The position numbers were made by a program, and so were the translations under genes. The notes beneath the pieces were generated by a model, which saw nothing but the letters and a program-made list of their open reading frames with translations, ran no database searches and had not been told where the DNA came from. Of a stretch of DNA of 64,000 nucleotides, positions 62,453-64,000 are shown one piece after another; the stretch's first letter is position 1, and the number at the start of each line of letters is the position of its first letter. The stretch comes from Diplonema japonicum (taxonomy: Eukaryota > Protista > Euglenozoa: Diplonemea): positions 310,001 through 374,000 of the forward strand of contig OZ025672.1 of the NCBI GenBank assembly GCA_964019335.1. The letters are read 5' to 3'.

Positions 62453-64000
62453 CTACGCCTGGGACCCAGAAGCCTTGAAGAAGGCCTTCTTGAAGGCGAG
62501 GAGGCGGGTCCTCTCTTCCGAGGCAAGAGACTTAATGTTCTTATGTTGACTCAAGTAGTTCCTGATGGCCGCACCAAGGTTGGCATCAACAGTGGTCCAC
62601 CAGTCTAACCAGGTGTCCTGGACCACTTGTGCGATGCGGTTGCCGGAGAGGGCAAGAGCAAGCCTGTGGGCCAGCCTGTCCTGCCTGGCGGCGTCAAACG
62701 ACCTGTACCTCTGCCCAGGCTGCTCGAAGTCATTCGTCTTGGCAATCATTTCCCTGATCTTCTTCACGTTGTTGTACACCTCAGGGTCATGGGGGTACGG
62801 GTTGGCCTCGTGCACGGACTTGTCCTGCGTGCTGGGGAAGTAGTTGACCTCCCTGACAGCGTTCCCAGCCTCCGTGTAGTGCATAGCACCGTCAACATGC
62901 TGGTCGTAGAACGGGCACACCGGACGGTTGATGGGCAGCATCTGGTTGTTCACCCCAATGCGGTACCTCTGCGTGTCCGCATAGGCGTACAGACGGGTCT
63001 GCAACATCTTCTCGTCAGACGGTTCAATCCCAGGCACCATCCTCGACGGGGAGAAGGCGATCTGCTCGTTCTCAAGGAACTGCGACGCAGGGTTCGTGTC
63101 GAACACGAAGTGCCCGACGTCCTGAAGAGGGATGAGGTTAGTGGGCCACATCTTTGAAGTGTCCAAAGGGTTGAAGCTCAAGCCGTTCATGAAGGTGGTG
63201 TTCGTGGGGTCAATCATCTGCACCTGGAAAGTCCACCCAGCGCAATGCGGCTGGTAGTTGGTGGGGCTGCACTTGGACGAGTTCCCTGACTTGATCTGGT
63301 CGTACAGGTCCACAGTCGCGAAGTTGAAAGGCATATCCGTTGCTTCTTCATCCTGCAGATTGGCCTCACCCTGCCACGACTTGTAGGTGTACCTCACCCA
63401 CATGGACTTACCAGCGGAGTTGATCCACTTGAAAGTGTGAACACCGAACCCAGGGAGCTGCCTGTAGTTGGCAGGAATACCAACATCGTCCATGAGCCAA
63501 CTGAACATGTGAAGAGACTCGGGGTAGTTGCTGAAGTAGTCCCAGATCCTCCACCATTCCTGCACCCCCCTCAGAGGGTTGGGCTTAAGGGCGCGGATCA
63601 TCTCAGGAAAGCGAATTCCGTCCCTGATGAAGAAAATAGGGAAGTTCAGCCCCACCACATCGTAGTTCCCCTCTTCGGTGTACAGCTTAATAGCGAACCC
63701 ACGAGGGTCCCTCAGGAACTCAGGACTGCCCTTCGAGTGGATCACAGTGCTCCAACGGGAAGCAATCGGAGTCTTCTTGCCAACACCTTGGAACACCTTC
63801 GCCATGGTGTACTGAGACATATCCCTCGTCAGTGTGAAGGTACCCTTGGCGGCAGCACCCCTTGCGTGCACGTTCCTCTCAGGGATCCTCTCTCTGTTGT
63901 GAACCTGAAGTCTTTCCATCAGGAGGGCATCCTGAAGAAGGATGGGACCGTCCCTTCCCAGTGTCTGGGAGTTCCTTGCATCATCAACGGGTGCACCTGC
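62453..64000 (-). CDS. Heme catalase-family protein, copy 2 (5' end beyond the window)
   Basis: Tandem paralogue at offset 2404; the frame stays open to the window edge. Confidence 0.95.
   Translation of the reverse strand, partial: AGAPVDDARNSQTLGRDGPILLQDALLMERLQVHNRERIPERNVHARGAAAKGTFTLTRDMSQYTMAKVFQGVGKKTPIASRWSTVIHSKGSPEFLRDPRGFAIKLYTEEGNYDVVGLNFPIFFIRDGIRFPEMIRALKPNPLRGVQEWWRIWDYFSNYPESLHMFSWLMDDVGIPANYRQLPGFGVHTFKWINSAGKSMWVRYTYKSWQGEANLQDEEATDMPFNFATVDLYDQIKSGNSSKCSPTNYQPHCAGWTFQVQMIDPTNTTFMNGLSFNPLDTSKMWPTNLIPLQDVGHFVFDTNPASQFLENEQIAFSPSRMVPGIEPSDEKMLQTRLYAYADTQRYRIGVNNQMLPINRPVCPFYDQHVDGAMHYTEAGNAVREVNYFPSTQDKSVHEANPYPHDPEVYNNVKKIREMIAKTNDFEQPGQRYRSFDAARQDRLAHRLALALSGNRIAQVVQDTWLDWWTTVDANLGAAIRNYLSQHKNIKSLASEERTRLLAFKKAFFKASGSQA

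Noticed and set aside
1-64000. Non-standard genetic code, programmed frameshifts, spliced-leader RNA gene, tRNA/rRNA
   Set aside because: TAA, TAG and TGA all end genes normally; nearly all frame breaks are explained by GT-AG introns; no SL-like (GTTTCTGTAC) or structural RNA gene was recognised by eye.

Overview
Eukaryotic nuclear DNA, most likely from a free-living euglenozoan. A diplonemid is my inference from the gene organisation, not an identification. All ~29 credible protein genes lie on the minus strand, as in a polycistronic cluster. Several have pyrimidine-tract/AG sites just upstream of the ATG, consistent with trans-splicing. At least 8 genes are also interrupted by very short (32-66 nt) GT-AG cis-introns, mostly with a GTATG donor; I reconstructed these by hand and they join ORFs that the supplied track splits. 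Gene content in coordinate order: GT92-like glycosyltransferase (truncated, missing from the ORF track), purple acid phosphatase, five START-domain paralogues interrupted by a CUB/PT-repeat/multi-TM surface protein, three hypothetical proteins, a Pro-rich/Cys-rich/F5-8C/XK-like membrane protein, USP53/54-like DUB, FNIP/Lst4, a PPR-like protein, a secreted LRR+trefoil protein, a 5 kb homopolymer-rich spacer with short dispersed repeats, RING-H2, an adjacent pair of divergent H4 and H3 histones, CEP290, LRRC57-like, kinesin-14, DNALI1/p28, TBC1D22, Ecd/SGT1, TTC16, a TM+PDZ-like protein and two tandem catalases. The best candidates for new biology are (i) the co-located divergent H3/H4 variant pair and (ii) catalases in which the catalytic distal Asn is replaced by Leu, with a signal peptide visible in the complete copy. 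No rRNA, tRNA, CRISPR array or intact transposase was recognised. All family calls come from motif recognition by eye, not database searches.
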